In this document: one piece after another, positions 9,851-20,487 of the stretch
How positions within the stretch are numbered: the stretch's first letter is position 1
How the letters are laid out: every line of letters starts with the position of its first letter
Assembly: GCA_944392815.1 (NCBI GenBank)
Contig: CALXXY010000002.1
Span: 128,001-192,000, forward strand
Direction of reading: 5' to 3'
Source: an uncultured Alphaproteobacteria bacterium
GTDB taxonomy: Bacteria > Pseudomonadota > Alphaproteobacteria > Rs-D84
DNA length: 64,000 nt
Program-made: the position numbers and the translations under genes
Notes under the pieces: generated by a model
The model's database searches: none
What the model was told of the DNA's origin: nothing
Seen by the model: the letters and a program-made list of their open reading frames with translations, nothing else

Positions 9851-10414
9851 TTTCTGACGATTAACACGCACCAATGTCATAATGCCACGCTTTACCTGCA
9901 TCACAGGTTTCATAGCATTGTTAAATTGCGCGATTTTTTTCGCCTGATTTGATACGCGTTCAGCCAATTTGATAATTTTGTTTGCACTTTGCGCAGCGAT
10001 AAAATCAGATGCCGCTTTGTTATCTGTACGCTTATATTCCCATTTTTGCACCAATGAACAAAAATAGAAAAAATCAGAACTTGTTTTTGCATCAAACGCG
10101 CCAGGCACATTGTTCAACACCATAATTGTTGGATCCGGCACAATGTAAAACGCATAGTTGGCACCAACGCCCTTTTCCCTGGCAAAAGAATTTGCACGCC
10201 ACAACCAATCTTCTTCTGTCGCGGCCCGCGAAAAATATTCAGCCGGATTACGTGCAACACCCCCCAAATACACCAACGCGCGCGCCGCAGCCACACGTTC
10301 ACCATGCGCCATTTTGGCCCAATTACGCGCGATTTGTGCACGTGCAATACCGTGATATGCGGCAAACCCATTGCGAATCGCCGTATGAACTTCTTGTTCT
10401 TTAAATTCTTTCAT
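9848..10414 (-). CDS. Hypothetical protein (orphan B)
   Basis: 188-aa ORF with AAGGA RBS; same position in the duplicated unit as orphan A. Confidence 0.78.
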   Translation of the reverse strand: MKEFKEQEVHTAIRNGFAAYHGIARAQIARNWAKMAHGERVAAARALVYLGGVARNPAEYFSRAATEEDWLWRANSFAREKGVGANYAFYIVPDPTIMVLNNVPGAFDAKTSSDFFYFCSLVQKWEYKRTDNKAASDFIAAQSANKIIKLAERVSNQAKKIAQFNNAMKPVMQVKRGIMTLVRVNRQK

Positions 10415-10568
10415 AATAATATGTCCTTGTTTTTTAACCCCTATACATATAACACAAAAATAAAAAATGTCAATATTTTTTACAGATATTTGTTGAAAAT
10501 TTCATTTTATAGTATAATCTATGGACTACGAAATTTTTAGCACAAAATACAAACAGGACACATAAATA

Positions 10569-12407
10569 ATGACTATGAAAATTCGCAATATTGCAATTAT
10601 TGCACACGTTGACCACGGAAAAACGACGCTGGTTGATAATATGTTGAAACAATCCGGCACATTCCGCGAAAATGAAAAGGTTGCCGACCGCGTCATGGAC
10701 AGCGGCGATATAGAACGCGAACGCGGCATTACTATTTCGGCAAAACCGACCGCGATTCAATGGAACGATTATAAAATCAATATCGTGGACACCCCGGGTC
10801 ACGCCGATTTTGGCGGCGAAGTGGAACGTATTTTATCCATGGTTGACGGCGTTGTGTTATTGGTCGATGCGGCCGAAGGCCCACTGCCCCAAACCAAATT
10901 TGTATTGTCCAAGGCATTAAAACTGGGGCTGCGCCCGATTGTGTGCATTAATAAAATCGACAGATCTGACGCCCGCCCGGACGAGGTTTTAAACGAAACA
11001 TTCGACCTGTTTGATAAATTGGGCGCAACCGATTCGCAATTGGATTTTCCATACCTGTTTGCATGTGGCCGCGATGGTTGGGCTGTGCGTAATTTAACCG
11101 ATGAACACAAAGATTTAACCCCGCTGTTTCAATTAATCATAGACCACGTCCCTGCCCCTGACTGCAACGGCACACGTTGTCAAATCGACGCGCCATTTTC
11201 TATGTTGGCCACCACGCTAGAGGCCGACCCCTATGTAGGACGCATTTTAACCGGCAAAATCGAATCGGGCACGGTTCGCGTTGGCCAAACTGTCAAAGCC
11301 ATCAATATGCGTGGCGAATTGGTCGAATCAACAAAAATCACAAAAATAATCGAACACCGCGGCATTGAAAAAGTATCCCTGGATTCAGCGTCCGCCGGCG
11401 ACATCGTTGTGGTTGCCGGATTTTCGCGCGCAACCGTGGCAGACACCCTGTGTGCGCCAGACGTCACCGAACCAATTCCGGCCATGCCAATTGATCCGCC
11501 AACCCTGACCATGACGTTTTTTGTAAACACATCGCCATTGGCGGGCCAATCGGGCAAAAAATTAACATCACGTATGATTGGCGAACGCCTGTTCAAAGAG
11601 GCCGAAACCAACATCGCCCTGCGCGTGACACAAAGTGCAAACAACGAATCGTTCGAAGTATCCGGCCGTGGTGAATTACAATTGGGTATTTTAATCGAAA
11701 CAATGCGCCGCGAGGGATTTGAATTAAGCGTATCCCGCCCACGCGTTGTTATGCAGGACGGCCCAAATGGTGAAAAACTGGAACCAATCGAAGAAGTCGT
11801 CATCGACGTAGACGACGAATTTTCTGGTGTTGTTATTGAAAAAATGACCAAGCGCAAAGCGCAAATCACAGAAATGAAATCGTCTGGCGGCGGCAAAACC
11901 CGCATAGTATTTTCCGCCCCATCGCGCGGATTAATCGGATATCTGTCCGAATTCCGCACAGACACGCGTGGCACGGGCATAATGAACCGCGTCTTTTCTG
12001 GATACGAACCGTATCGCGGCCCGATTTCACAATATCGCCCAGGCGTGTTGGTATCAATGGAAAGTGGCGTGACAACAACATACGCCCTGCATAATTTGGA
12101 ACCACGTGGTGTGCTGTTTGTCGGCCCACAAACCGAAGTATATTCCGGCATGATTGTTGGCGAACACAGCAAAGAAAATGATTTAGAGGTCAACCCAGTC
12201 CGTGGCAAAGAATTAACAAACGTCCGTTCCGTCACGGCCGACGAAAAATTATTCCTGGCCCCGCCACGTAAAATATCATTGGAAGAAGCCCTGTCCTATA
12301 TCCAGGACGACGAATTGGTCGAAGTCACCCCCGCAACGATTCGTCTGCGCAAAAAAGAATTGGACAGCAACATTCGCAAAAAAACACGGAAAAACACGGA
12401 AATTTAA
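10569..12407 (+). CDS. typA: Translational GTPase TypA/BipA
   Basis: [53 protein letters not shown]. Confidence 0.98.
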   Translation: MTMKIRNIAIIAHVDHGKTTLVDNMLKQSGTFRENEKVADRVMDSGDIERERGITISAKPTAIQWNDYKINIVDTPGHADFGGEVERILSMVDGVVLLVDAAEGPLPQTKFVLSKALKLGLRPIVCINKIDRSDARPDEVLNETFDLFDKLGATDSQLDFPYLFACGRDGWAVRNLTDEHKDLTPLFQLIIDHVPAPDCNGTRCQIDAPFSMLATTLEADPYVGRILTGKIESGTVRVGQTVKAINMRGELVESTKITKIIEHRGIEKVSLDSASAGDIVVVAGFSRATVADTLCAPDVTEPIPAMPIDPPTLTMTFFVNTSPLAGQSGKKLTSRMIGERLFKEAETNIALRVTQSANNESFEVSGRGELQLGILIETMRREGFELSVSRPRVVMQDGPNGEKLEPIEEVVIDVDDEFSGVVIEKMTKRKAQITEMKSSGGGKTRIVFSAPSRGLIGYLSEFRTDTRGTGIMNRVFSGYEPYRGPISQYRPGVLVSMESGVTTTYALHNLEPRGVLFVGPQTEVYSGMIVGEHSKENDLEVNPVRGKELTNVRSVTADEKLFLAPPRKISLEEALSYIQDDELVEVTPATIRLRKKELDSNIRKKTRKNTEI

Positions 12408-12415
12408 TTCCGCAC

Positions 12416-12447
12416 ACGACCTGTTCGCCACAGGTCGTTTTTCTTTT
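12416..12447 (+). terminator. Intrinsic terminator of typA
   Basis: acgacctgt / acaggtcgt hairpin followed by T-run. Confidence 0.75.
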
Positions 12448-12493
12448 CCCGCCCCACCCCCTTGCAAAAAATTAAAAATCTGTAAAAATTATA

Positions 12494-13360
12494 ATGAATA
12501 TGAAAAAAAATTCTACTAACAAACGATTATTTTTAATGGCCGGATACAGTGCACAGCAAATTGTGGACACGGCCCTGATTTACATGGTGCGCGCTTTGGC
12601 CGAATGCGGCGACGTTGTGCTGTTCATGGACAGTGATGTTCCAAACAGCGAACTGGCCAAAATTTCAAAATACACTGTTTACGCAAACGCGAAACGCCAT
12701 GGCGAATATGATTTTGGGTCGTACAAGCGTGCATACACATACGCGCGCGATACAGGCATTTTAAAAAATTATGAATTTGTATATTTAATAAACGATTCGG
12801 TATACGGACCATTGTATCCAATCGCGCCATATTTTGAAAAAATGGAATCGTTTAATACACCGGCATTCGGATTGGTGTGGCACCCACACAAAACGTCACC
12901 ACATATTCAATCGTGGCTTATTGGAATGCGCCCAGATGTATTTTTATCCCCATGGTTTGATGAATTCATAACGTCCGTCACACACCAGGTGGACAAAGGA
13001 ACCGTCACATACCTGTACGAACGCGGATTCACCCGCCAATTGGAAACACGCAATATCCCGTGGCGCTGCACGTTTGCCGCCCCTGGTCGCAGCATTTACA
13101 ACAAAATAAAAAAATTTTATCGCATGGGATTGCCTTTTATGAAAAAATGCGCGTTCACACGACACAACGGCCGATTGGGCGGACAGATTTTATATGTTTT
13201 AAACCACATATCACCCGACGCCCGCGATTCGTTTTTGTCCGCCGCACGTGCGACATATGGTGACAAATACATAACATGGCTGTTGACGCGAAATCCATTT
13301 AAAATATGGTTGCGAAACATAAAATATTTCACTCACAAAATTTGCACAGAAAAACTATGA
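12494..13360 (+). CDS. Rhamnan synthesis protein F-like protein
   Basis: YDFGSYKR, LINDSVYGP, HIQSW, YERGFT, PFMKK motifs of RgpF-like proteins. Confidence 0.78.
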   Translation: MNMKKNSTNKRLFLMAGYSAQQIVDTALIYMVRALAECGDVVLFMDSDVPNSELAKISKYTVYANAKRHGEYDFGSYKRAYTYARDTGILKNYEFVYLINDSVYGPLYPIAPYFEKMESFNTPAFGLVWHPHKTSPHIQSWLIGMRPDVFLSPWFDEFITSVTHQVDKGTVTYLYERGFTRQLETRNIPWRCTFAAPGRSIYNKIKKFYRMGLPFMKKCAFTRHNGRLGGQILYVLNHISPDARDSFLSAARATYGDKYITWLLTRNPFKIWLRNIKYFTHKICTEKL

Positions 13361-14196
13361 AACAAAAAATAAAAAAAATCGCTGCCATAACAATGGCACG
13401 CAACGATGAATTTTTTCTGACCCGGTGGATAAAATATTACGGTGACGAAATCGGCACAGAAAATTTATACATTTATCTGGACGGTACGGATCAAATTATC
13501 CCGAAAAATGCCGGGCACGCACATGTAAAAAAATTACCCCACACCGATATGACACGCGCCACAGGCGACAAATATCGCATAGGGTTAATGAATGATTTAT
13601 CACGCGAATTGTTAAAAACATATGACATCGTCATCGGTTGCGATTGCGACGAATTTTTAATCGTCGACCCCAACACAAATAAATCATTGTCCGAATATCT
13701 GTCGACGATACACATAAAAAATACGGTATCTGGCCTGGGGCTGGACGTTGGTCAAAATATGAATATGGAACATGAATTAAATCCGCACGCACCAATATTG
13801 ACCCAACGCGAATACGCCCTGTTGTCCACACGATATACAAAACCAGTTGTAAAAAATGCGCCCATTGATTGGGGTTCTGGATTCCACAGCATATCGGGAC
13901 ACAATTTTCATATTGATAAAAATTTATACCTGTTGCACTTTGGCGCGGTCGATATGAAAATGCTGGAACAAAAGGCCGCGGCCCGCGGCGCAGATTGGCT
14001 GGCCCACCTGCGCAGACGCGGCAACGGCACAATTAACGCAGTGACCCAACTGCCCGCACAAAACGAAAAATGGTTGCGCCGCGCACGCATTTTGCAAACC
14101 ATCGCGCGCCCAATATATGCACTGGACAAACCTGGAATGTTGGGAATAAAGCGCGTGGTAAAAATTCCCACCCGTTTTAAAAAATCAGGCATATGA
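13357..14196 (+). CDS. Glycosyltransferase family 2-like protein
   Basis: AITMARNDEFFLTRWIKYY, DCDEFL (DxD), WGSGFH, LLHF. Confidence 0.82.
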   Translation: MKQKIKKIAAITMARNDEFFLTRWIKYYGDEIGTENLYIYLDGTDQIIPKNAGHAHVKKLPHTDMTRATGDKYRIGLMNDLSRELLKTYDIVIGCDCDEFLIVDPNTNKSLSEYLSTIHIKNTVSGLGLDVGQNMNMEHELNPHAPILTQREYALLSTRYTKPVVKNAPIDWGSGFHSISGHNFHIDKNLYLLHFGAVDMKMLEQKAAARGADWLAHLRRRGNGTINAVTQLPAQNEKWLRRARILQTIARPIYALDKPGMLGIKRVVKIPTRFKKSGI

Positions 14197-15327
14197 TTTT
14201 ATTAACGCCAAAATTTGTTCAGATATAACATCTGCATCGAATCGGGCCAATCCTTCGCGCGCCAATTTCTGCATTTTACGCACGTTTATTTTTTCATTAT
14301 AAACATCAGACATACACGCCGCCAATTCATCTGCATTTCCGGGGCGAAACAATAATCCCCCCGCCCCATCAAACAAAATCTCTCTTGGCCCATTTTTACA
14401 ATCAGACGCAATATTCACCCGCCCCACAGCCGCGGACTCGACCAGAACTGTTGGCAAACCTTCGCTGAAACTGGACAAAATATTCGCCATTGCCCCACGC
14501 ATATATCCGAACGGGTTCGCCAACGGTCCCGTAAATATTATATTTTTCCCGGCCGACAGCGTTCCCGCCAATTGCTCATATTTTTCGCGAAAACTGCCCC
14601 CGCCAATAATGAACAGTTTTACATTCGGGCGATTATTTTGATTCCAAAATATATCAAACGCCCGCAACACAGTCGGAATATCTTTGTCCGCATACAGCCG
14701 TGACACACACGAAAAATATTTTCCGCGCGGCCGCACGGCCACATCTGACGCAGCCGCAACGCTTTTTAAATCCAACGGATTATATATCCGCATAACTTTA
14801 TCGGCATATTCTGGATATATCTTTTTAAATTCATCTGTAAACCCATCGGTCAGCGCAACCATCATGTCATAATTTTTCATATACCGAATATATTTCCCAG
14901 ACACAAAAGTATTAATTGACGCATGCCACCACGCAATTTTTGGTTTACGCACATTTTTAAATTCTGAATTAAATGAAAAATTGTAATAATCGACATATAA
15001 ATCAATGTCGCCCGCACCACGCAATCCATGCAACACGCGCAACCACCACCGATACACATCGCGGCACCAATGCTGAATTAATCGCAACAAAAAGAAATGC
15101 GCCAAATCGGTCCCCAACCAACGCGATGGATACAGCGTAAACAAATGTACATTCGGGTGCGCAGCGAACCAATCCAGATAAACGGGCTCTTTGACCTTGG
15201 CATATGTCACAACAAACAATTCCAAATGTTTGTTTTTAACCAATTCGTCCAGTGTGCGAATCAATACTGACTCGACACCGCCTATTTTCATATCACGCAC
15301 ACAAAACGCTATTTTAATTTTTTTCAT
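14185..15327 (-). CDS. Glycosyltransferase family 4 (GT-B)
   Basis: GGVESV N-terminus, SSFSEGLPTVLVES (EX7E), GPREIL. Confidence 0.9.
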   Translation of the reverse strand: MKKIKIAFCVRDMKIGGVESVLIRTLDELVKNKHLELFVVTYAKVKEPVYLDWFAAHPNVHLFTLYPSRWLGTDLAHFFLLRLIQHWCRDVYRWWLRVLHGLRGAGDIDLYVDYYNFSFNSEFKNVRKPKIAWWHASINTFVSGKYIRYMKNYDMMVALTDGFTDEFKKIYPEYADKVMRIYNPLDLKSVAAASDVAVRPRGKYFSCVSRLYADKDIPTVLRAFDIFWNQNNRPNVKLFIIGGGSFREKYEQLAGTLSAGKNIIFTGPLANPFGYMRGAMANILSSFSEGLPTVLVESAAVGRVNIASDCKNGPREILFDGAGGLLFRPGNADELAACMSDVYNEKINVRKMQKLAREGLARFDADVISEQILALIKSYA

Positions 15328-16349
15328 TTATCACAGATTTTTATAAACCGGCAAATTTTGCAGCGCAATTTGCGCGCCCACCGACATGGTGGCATATCCA
15401 ACGCCCCCATTTTTTCCAATTCAACAAATCGCGCGCGCGCAGCGTCCAAATCTGCCCTGTTGTCCAGATATTTAATTTTTCGAAACGCCCATTTAATAAA
15501 ATACCATTTAAAATTTTTAGACCATTGACGCATTTGATATTCATTGGCGTTTTTCTGATACCGAACAAAAGCATCAGCAATTCCATCGCACAAACTGTGC
15601 AAAATGCGCAACTGTTTGGCGGACAAAACAATTCCACCAAAATTCGTCACATAAAAATATAACGGCAAAGGCGCAATTGTCACCCGTGGATTTTTCAACA
15701 TCACAGCCGACCACCACGGAAAATCTTCGAACAAAATACCTTTGATAAATGGTGTATCAGCAATTAATTCACGCCGATATAAATTTTTCCAAACCTGGCA
15801 ATGTTTAACCAACCATTTGCGTTTTGGATTAAACGCATTGTGCGCGCGTTCCGTCGCATACGCGTAAATATCGTCGGTCACCAATGTTTTCACAGCGGCC
15901 GGATTATATTTTTTATGCGCGCGCCACGGCACAACATTATCAGTATCCATTTTCAAAACATGCCGCACCATTAATTGCGGGCGATAAATTCTGTCATACG
16001 TGAACGACACAATATCCGCCCCATCGCGCATAGCCAGAAAATATGCAATTTCCATAGTTTGCGGGTGAATAAAATCATCGCTGTCCAAAAACAAAATGAA
16101 ATCCCCATCGGCCACCTGCATACCGGCATTACGTGCGTCCGACAGTCCCCCGTTCTTTTTGGTAATAATTTTAAATCGCGAATCACGTGCGGCATATTCG
16201 TCCAATATAGCGGCCGAATTATCAGGACTGCCGTCATTTACACAAATTGCCTGCCAATCAGAAAACGTCTGATTTAAAACACTGTCCAAACACCGCCGCA
16301 AATATTTTTCAACATTATATATTGGAATAATCACAGATATTGCGGGCAT
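15324..16349 (-). CDS. Glycosyltransferase family 2
   Basis: ISVIIPIYNVEKYL, VNDGSPD, GLSDARNAG, FLDSDD, FED. Confidence 0.93.
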   Translation of the reverse strand: MPAISVIIPIYNVEKYLRRCLDSVLNQTFSDWQAICVNDGSPDNSAAILDEYAARDSRFKIITKKNGGLSDARNAGMQVADGDFILFLDSDDFIHPQTMEIAYFLAMRDGADIVSFTYDRIYRPQLMVRHVLKMDTDNVVPWRAHKKYNPAAVKTLVTDDIYAYATERAHNAFNPKRKWLVKHCQVWKNLYRRELIADTPFIKGILFEDFPWWSAVMLKNPRVTIAPLPLYFYVTNFGGIVLSAKQLRILHSLCDGIADAFVRYQKNANEYQMRQWSKNFKWYFIKWAFRKIKYLDNRADLDAARARFVELEKMGALDMPPCRWARKLRCKICRFIKICDK

Positions 16350-16370
16350 ATTTGAATCCTTTGTCTGGGG

Positions 16371-17279
16371 TTAATTTTTATACATTTTATTAATCATCAC
16401 GTCGGCAAAACTGCCCGGGACGGGATTTTTCGCCTGGGCATAGGTCGTTTTTTGGAAAAACGCACCCGACGTCACACGGTCAAAAGTTTCCTGATTAAAC
16501 GGCTTGTCCGCATACGCCCACCACAGCGCATGTGTTGGATCCTGGTCCACATGGGGCATTTTGGCAAAATATTTTTTTGCCCGCGCATCATTTGTCACCA
16601 AAGTTTTAAACAGCAACTGGTGCATAAAATAATCAAAACTGTGATTTTCGTGCACCCAATAATCCAGTATCATCGCGCGCCACGCGTCCAGCAAATACGC
16701 ACCACGCCGCGCACGAATGAAACAATTTTGTATAAAACTGTACGGACTGCCAACATGCTGACCCGCCATATAGACAAAGAAATCCTCTTTCATAATCCAG
16801 TCGGGAATTGGCGCGGTCGCAAATCCGGTTGAATCCAACCAAACACCACCATGTTCATACAGCAATTCCACACGACAAATATCGGCAAAATGCGCATTTT
16901 TAATTTTACCCGCCGCACGTTTTTCCCAAATAATATCGGGCAAAGTAATATATTCGCGCAACGATTTTTCGTCCAAAACCACCAATTCCTGTTTACAGTT
17001 TTTACGCACACTGCGAAAACATGCCTGAACCAATGGCGGTGCACTTTGTTCACCCTGCAACCATATGGTAAAAATTTTTTCACGCCCCGCATCGCGTTCA
17101 ACGGGCCGTTCCACCACCGCGGCCGCAGCCGGCAAATATCGCCGAAAATATCGTGGAATCACACGCGAAATCACATCGCTGCGCACAGCGCGCCGCGTTT
17201 TTCTGTCGCGCCAAAACCAGTTCAACACATGGCCCTGAATAATAATTTCAGTCATGGCCCAAAATCTGGACAAGTTCAT
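16371..17279 (-). CDS. Capsular polysaccharide synthesis protein (GT32-like)
   Basis: IFTIWLQG..APPLVQAC, AHFADICRVELLYEHGGVWLDST, DYFMH. Confidence 0.87.
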   Translation of the reverse strand: MNLSRFWAMTEIIIQGHVLNWFWRDRKTRRAVRSDVISRVIPRYFRRYLPAAAAVVERPVERDAGREKIFTIWLQGEQSAPPLVQACFRSVRKNCKQELVVLDEKSLREYITLPDIIWEKRAAGKIKNAHFADICRVELLYEHGGVWLDSTGFATAPIPDWIMKEDFFVYMAGQHVGSPYSFIQNCFIRARRGAYLLDAWRAMILDYWVHENHSFDYFMHQLLFKTLVTNDARAKKYFAKMPHVDQDPTHALWWAYADKPFNQETFDRVTSGAFFQKTTYAQAKNPVPGSFADVMINKMYKN

Positions 17280-17322
17280 AAAATTTTCCTTTGTATAATT
17301 ATTCTTCGATGTCTCTCATCTC

Positions 17323-18417
17323 TTACTCCATATCAATTGGTGCACTGTCCTGGCCGACGGTATCATCATCAGCCGCGGGCCCAGTTGTCATTTCTTCGGC
17401 TATGCCATTTGCACGCGCCATGATTTTATCCAACAGTTCCTGTTGTGCATCTGGGTGATCACGCAACCATTGGCGTGCATTATTTTCACCCTGGCCCATA
17501 CGTTCATTATTATACGAATAAAAACTGCCGGCTTTTTCAATTAAATCGTATTTTACACCCATATCCAAAATTTCACTTATGCGCGAAATACCTTCGCCAT
17601 ACATGATTTTGAAATCCACAGTACGGAACGGTGGTGCGACTTTGTTTTTCACAACCTTGACCCGGGTTTCATTTCCGATGATGTTTTCTTTGTCCTTTAT
17701 CTGGCCAGTGCGACGAATATCCAAACGCACCGACGCATAGAATTTCAAAGCATTCCCCCCAGACGTAGTTTCCGGATTACCAAACATCACCCCAATTTTC
17801 ATACGAATTTGGTTGATAAAGATTAACAGCGTATTACTGCGCGACACAGACCCCGCCAGTTTTTTCAAACTTTGCGACATTAAACGCGCGGTTGTTCCAA
17901 CAAAAGAATCCCCGATATTACCCTCCAGTTCTGCTTTGGGTACCAATGCCGCAACCGAATCGATAACGACCACATCGACCGCGCCAGATTTAATCAAAGT
18001 ATCTGCGATTTCCAACGCCTGTTCCCCAGAATCTGGCTGGGATATAATTAAATTAGCAACGTCAACGCCCAATTTTTTTGCATAACTGGGATCCAACGCA
18101 TTTTCAGCATCAATATACGCACACGTGCCGCCTTTTTTCTGGGCCTCGGCCACGGCATGCAACGCCAGTGTTGTTTTACCACTGCTTTCCGGGCCGTAAA
18201 TTTCAACAATACGCCCGCGCGGATAACCACCAATCCCCAGCGCAATGTCCAACCCCAACGAACCGGACGAAATCGCCTCTATATTCTGTTGGGAACCATC
18301 GCCCATTTTCATGATGGCCTCTTTGCCGAATTGCTTTTGAATTTGTGCCAATGCAGATTCCAACGCCGGATTTTTTGCCGGTGCGGCTGCGGTATTTGCT
18401 GCTTCTTTTTTTGCCAT
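17323..18417 (-). CDS. recA: Recombinase RecA
   Basis: [35 protein letters not shown]. Confidence 0.99.
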   Translation of the reverse strand: MAKKEAANTAAAPAKNPALESALAQIQKQFGKEAIMKMGDGSQQNIEAISSGSLGLDIALGIGGYPRGRIVEIYGPESSGKTTLALHAVAEAQKKGGTCAYIDAENALDPSYAKKLGVDVANLIISQPDSGEQALEIADTLIKSGAVDVVVIDSVAALVPKAELEGNIGDSFVGTTARLMSQSLKKLAGSVSRSNTLLIFINQIRMKIGVMFGNPETTSGGNALKFYASVRLDIRRTGQIKDKENIIGNETRVKVVKNKVAPPFRTVDFKIMYGEGISRISEILDMGVKYDLIEKAGSFYSYNNERMGQGENNARQWLRDHPDAQQELLDKIMARANGIAEEMTTGPAADDDTVGQDSAPIDME

Positions 18418-18505
18418 TAAAAATCCCCTTTACTTATCAGCAAAATGATACAATTTATTTATGCCATGCGCAATTAAAATCAAAATTTTACGCGCATACA
18501 CAAAT

Positions 18506-19690
18506 TTATTTTTTGACAACGACCAACAACGCCGACAGCGCCCCAATAATCGCCGTCACCACCCACACAGCCGATGTCCCGCCAAACATCGTAATACACG
18601 CCGCCCCCAACAAAGGCGCAACAACATTTGGCAAATTCACACTGGTGCGAAACACACCATAAAATTTCGTCTGTTCGGATTTTTTCGCAGTATCAAAAAA
18701 CAACAAATCATGCACAGATTCCATTAACGCCCCCGATATTTGCCACGCAACAAATATCACCAACAACGGCCAACCTGTTGTAAACACAGCCAACCCAGAC
18801 AATACCGCGAACGACACAAACCCAATTGTTAACCATTTTTTCTTGCCATATCTGCGAACCAAATGCGCCATGGCGTCCGACAATAATAAATACGGCACAA
18901 TCCCCAGGGTCAACACCCAACCCAATGTATCTTTGGAAAATCCATTTTCAATAACAATAATTGGCACATATAAATACCGCATTGCCCGCAACGCATAATA
19001 TCCAAAATTCACCGCATACGCACGTGGCATACCGGACCGCCGGAAAAAATCAATGGCATTTTTAATCAACGCCCGCGCAGTTTTGCGGGGATTTACCGGC
19101 TTGATTTTTTTATCCTCTTGGGTGATGCGGAATAATTTGAACGCCAACCACCCAGCGAAATAAATCGCCGCAGACGCAAAAAACGCGGCCCTGTTATTAA
19201 ATTGCCCAGCAATTGCGACCGCAATCATAGGCGCAAAAAACGCCCCAACATTGGTCCACAAATGATACCGCGAATTTAATCGCGCCATACCAATGCGCCC
19301 TGAAAAATCAGACATAAACAGCGGAATCAACACCCCCACCAACGTAATTGCAATCCCCGTCGTATAATCCAAAATCACAAAAGTACTGGGCCGAATAGAA
19401 AACCCCATCATCGCATAGCAAATTGCCAAAAACAACAAAGCGAAATAAAACACGCGAACCTTGGAAAACCGGCGCAATATTTCATTGGCAAACAGCCCAA
19501 CAATCATACAAAACGCGGCATAAATACCAACATACACACCAACAGTCGCAGAACTGGCAAATATTTCCATTAACACCAACGAATACACAGCATTATAAAT
19601 ACCGTCGGCAAATCCAGTAAACAACCCCAGGTTCGCGAACGAAAACCCGCTGACGCCACTTTTAACAGAAACGTATTTATCCCGTGCCAT
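18506..19690 (-). CDS. MFS transporter
   Basis: About 12 hydrophobic segments in two halves, 394 aa. Confidence 0.8.
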   Translation of the reverse strand: MARDKYVSVKSGVSGFSFANLGLFTGFADGIYNAVYSLVLMEIFASSATVGVYVGIYAAFCMIVGLFANEILRRFSKVRVFYFALLFLAICYAMMGFSIRPSTFVILDYTTGIAITLVGVLIPLFMSDFSGRIGMARLNSRYHLWTNVGAFFAPMIAVAIAGQFNNRAAFFASAAIYFAGWLAFKLFRITQEDKKIKPVNPRKTARALIKNAIDFFRRSGMPRAYAVNFGYYALRAMRYLYVPIIVIENGFSKDTLGWVLTLGIVPYLLLSDAMAHLVRRYGKKKWLTIGFVSFAVLSGLAVFTTGWPLLVIFVAWQISGALMESVHDLLFFDTAKKSEQTKFYGVFRTSVNLPNVVAPLLGAACITMFGGTSAVWVVTAIIGALSALLVVVKK

Positions 19691-19767
19691 AGCAGATATA
19701 TTATATCACACCCCAGCCCAAAATAAAAATCCCGACACATTATTTTATGTAAAAAGAAACTCGGCCT

Positions 19768-19829
19768 CGTCCCGTCGCGGAACAAAGTTCCCCTCTGCGG
19801 AGGGGTGGCGCGCTTTGCGCGACGGGACG
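19768..19829. repeat. REP-like palindrome
   Basis: 12-bp perfect IR cgtcccgtcgcg / cgcgacgggacg enclosing a cccctc-tgcg-gagggg hairpin. Confidence 0.6.
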
Positions 19830-19885
19830 CGCAGACAAATTCATATTATCCTGTTGATAATGTTAATGCAAACACCATGTCGTAA

Positions 19886-19917
19886 TAAAAAACAGTCCGC
19901 GCCCATCGGGCACGGAC
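19886..19917 (-). terminator. Intrinsic terminator of secB
   Basis: Minus strand gtccgtgccc-gat-gggcgcggac then tgtttttt. Confidence 0.75.
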
Positions 19918-19943
19918 CATAACAACACTCTATACTCTGAACT

Positions 19944-20405
19944 TTATTTGTTGGCTTCTGCCGGCTGCTGCGGCTGTTGTGCCTTTTTCTGTTTTTCTTC
20001 GTACAGTTTTTCGAAATCAACCGGCTGCATAACAAATGTTGGGAATCCGGATTCAGACGTCATACGCGCCATCAACGCACGCACTGACGGGAACAACAAA
20101 GTCGGCACATTAATCAACAAAGTGCGTTTTTTAACTTCCTCGTCTTTTTCTTCCTCCATCTGAACCAGACCAGAATAAGTAGATTCAATCAGGAATATAG
20201 ATTTATCGCCATTTTCCAATTTTGAATGAATTTTTGTAATCAAATCCACCATAAACAAGTTGTTTTCTGCGCCCTTGATTTGAATATCGATATTGATTTC
20301 CATTTTGGCCTGGCCATTATCGCTTTTGAAAAACAATTCAGGCACGTTCGGGCTTTCGAACGAAAAATCTTTCAGGAATTGTGTAATGATGTTAAATTTT
20401 GCCAT
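19944..20405 (-). CDS. secB: Protein-export chaperone SecB
   Basis: QFLKDFSFESPNVP, PTLLFPSVR, GFP..MQPVDF. Confidence 0.95.
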   Translation of the reverse strand: MAKFNIITQFLKDFSFESPNVPELFFKSDNGQAKMEINIDIQIKGAENNLFMVDLITKIHSKLENGDKSIFLIESTYSGLVQMEEEKDEEVKKRTLLINVPTLLFPSVRALMARMTSESGFPTFVMQPVDFEKLYEEKQKKAQQPQQPAEANK

Positions 20406-20487
20406 TGCGTTTACTCCTTTTTTTACGCATCATTTTATGATAATATAGCATTATAAATATGATTTTACAAGTGGGGGGATTAACAAA

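Noticed and set aside
9548-9952. 134-aa ORF starting like TypA
   Set aside because: Product of the duplication junction; out-of-frame serS tail, reads through a terminator and overlaps orphan B
11231-12235. Long antisense ORF in typA (similar ones at 7602-8465, 35681-36589, 62377-63087)
   Set aside because: Shadow frames opposite real genes, no recognisable motifs
19841-20035. 64-aa Cys-containing ORF after secB
   Set aside because: Overlaps secB out of frame and runs through its terminator; no RBS
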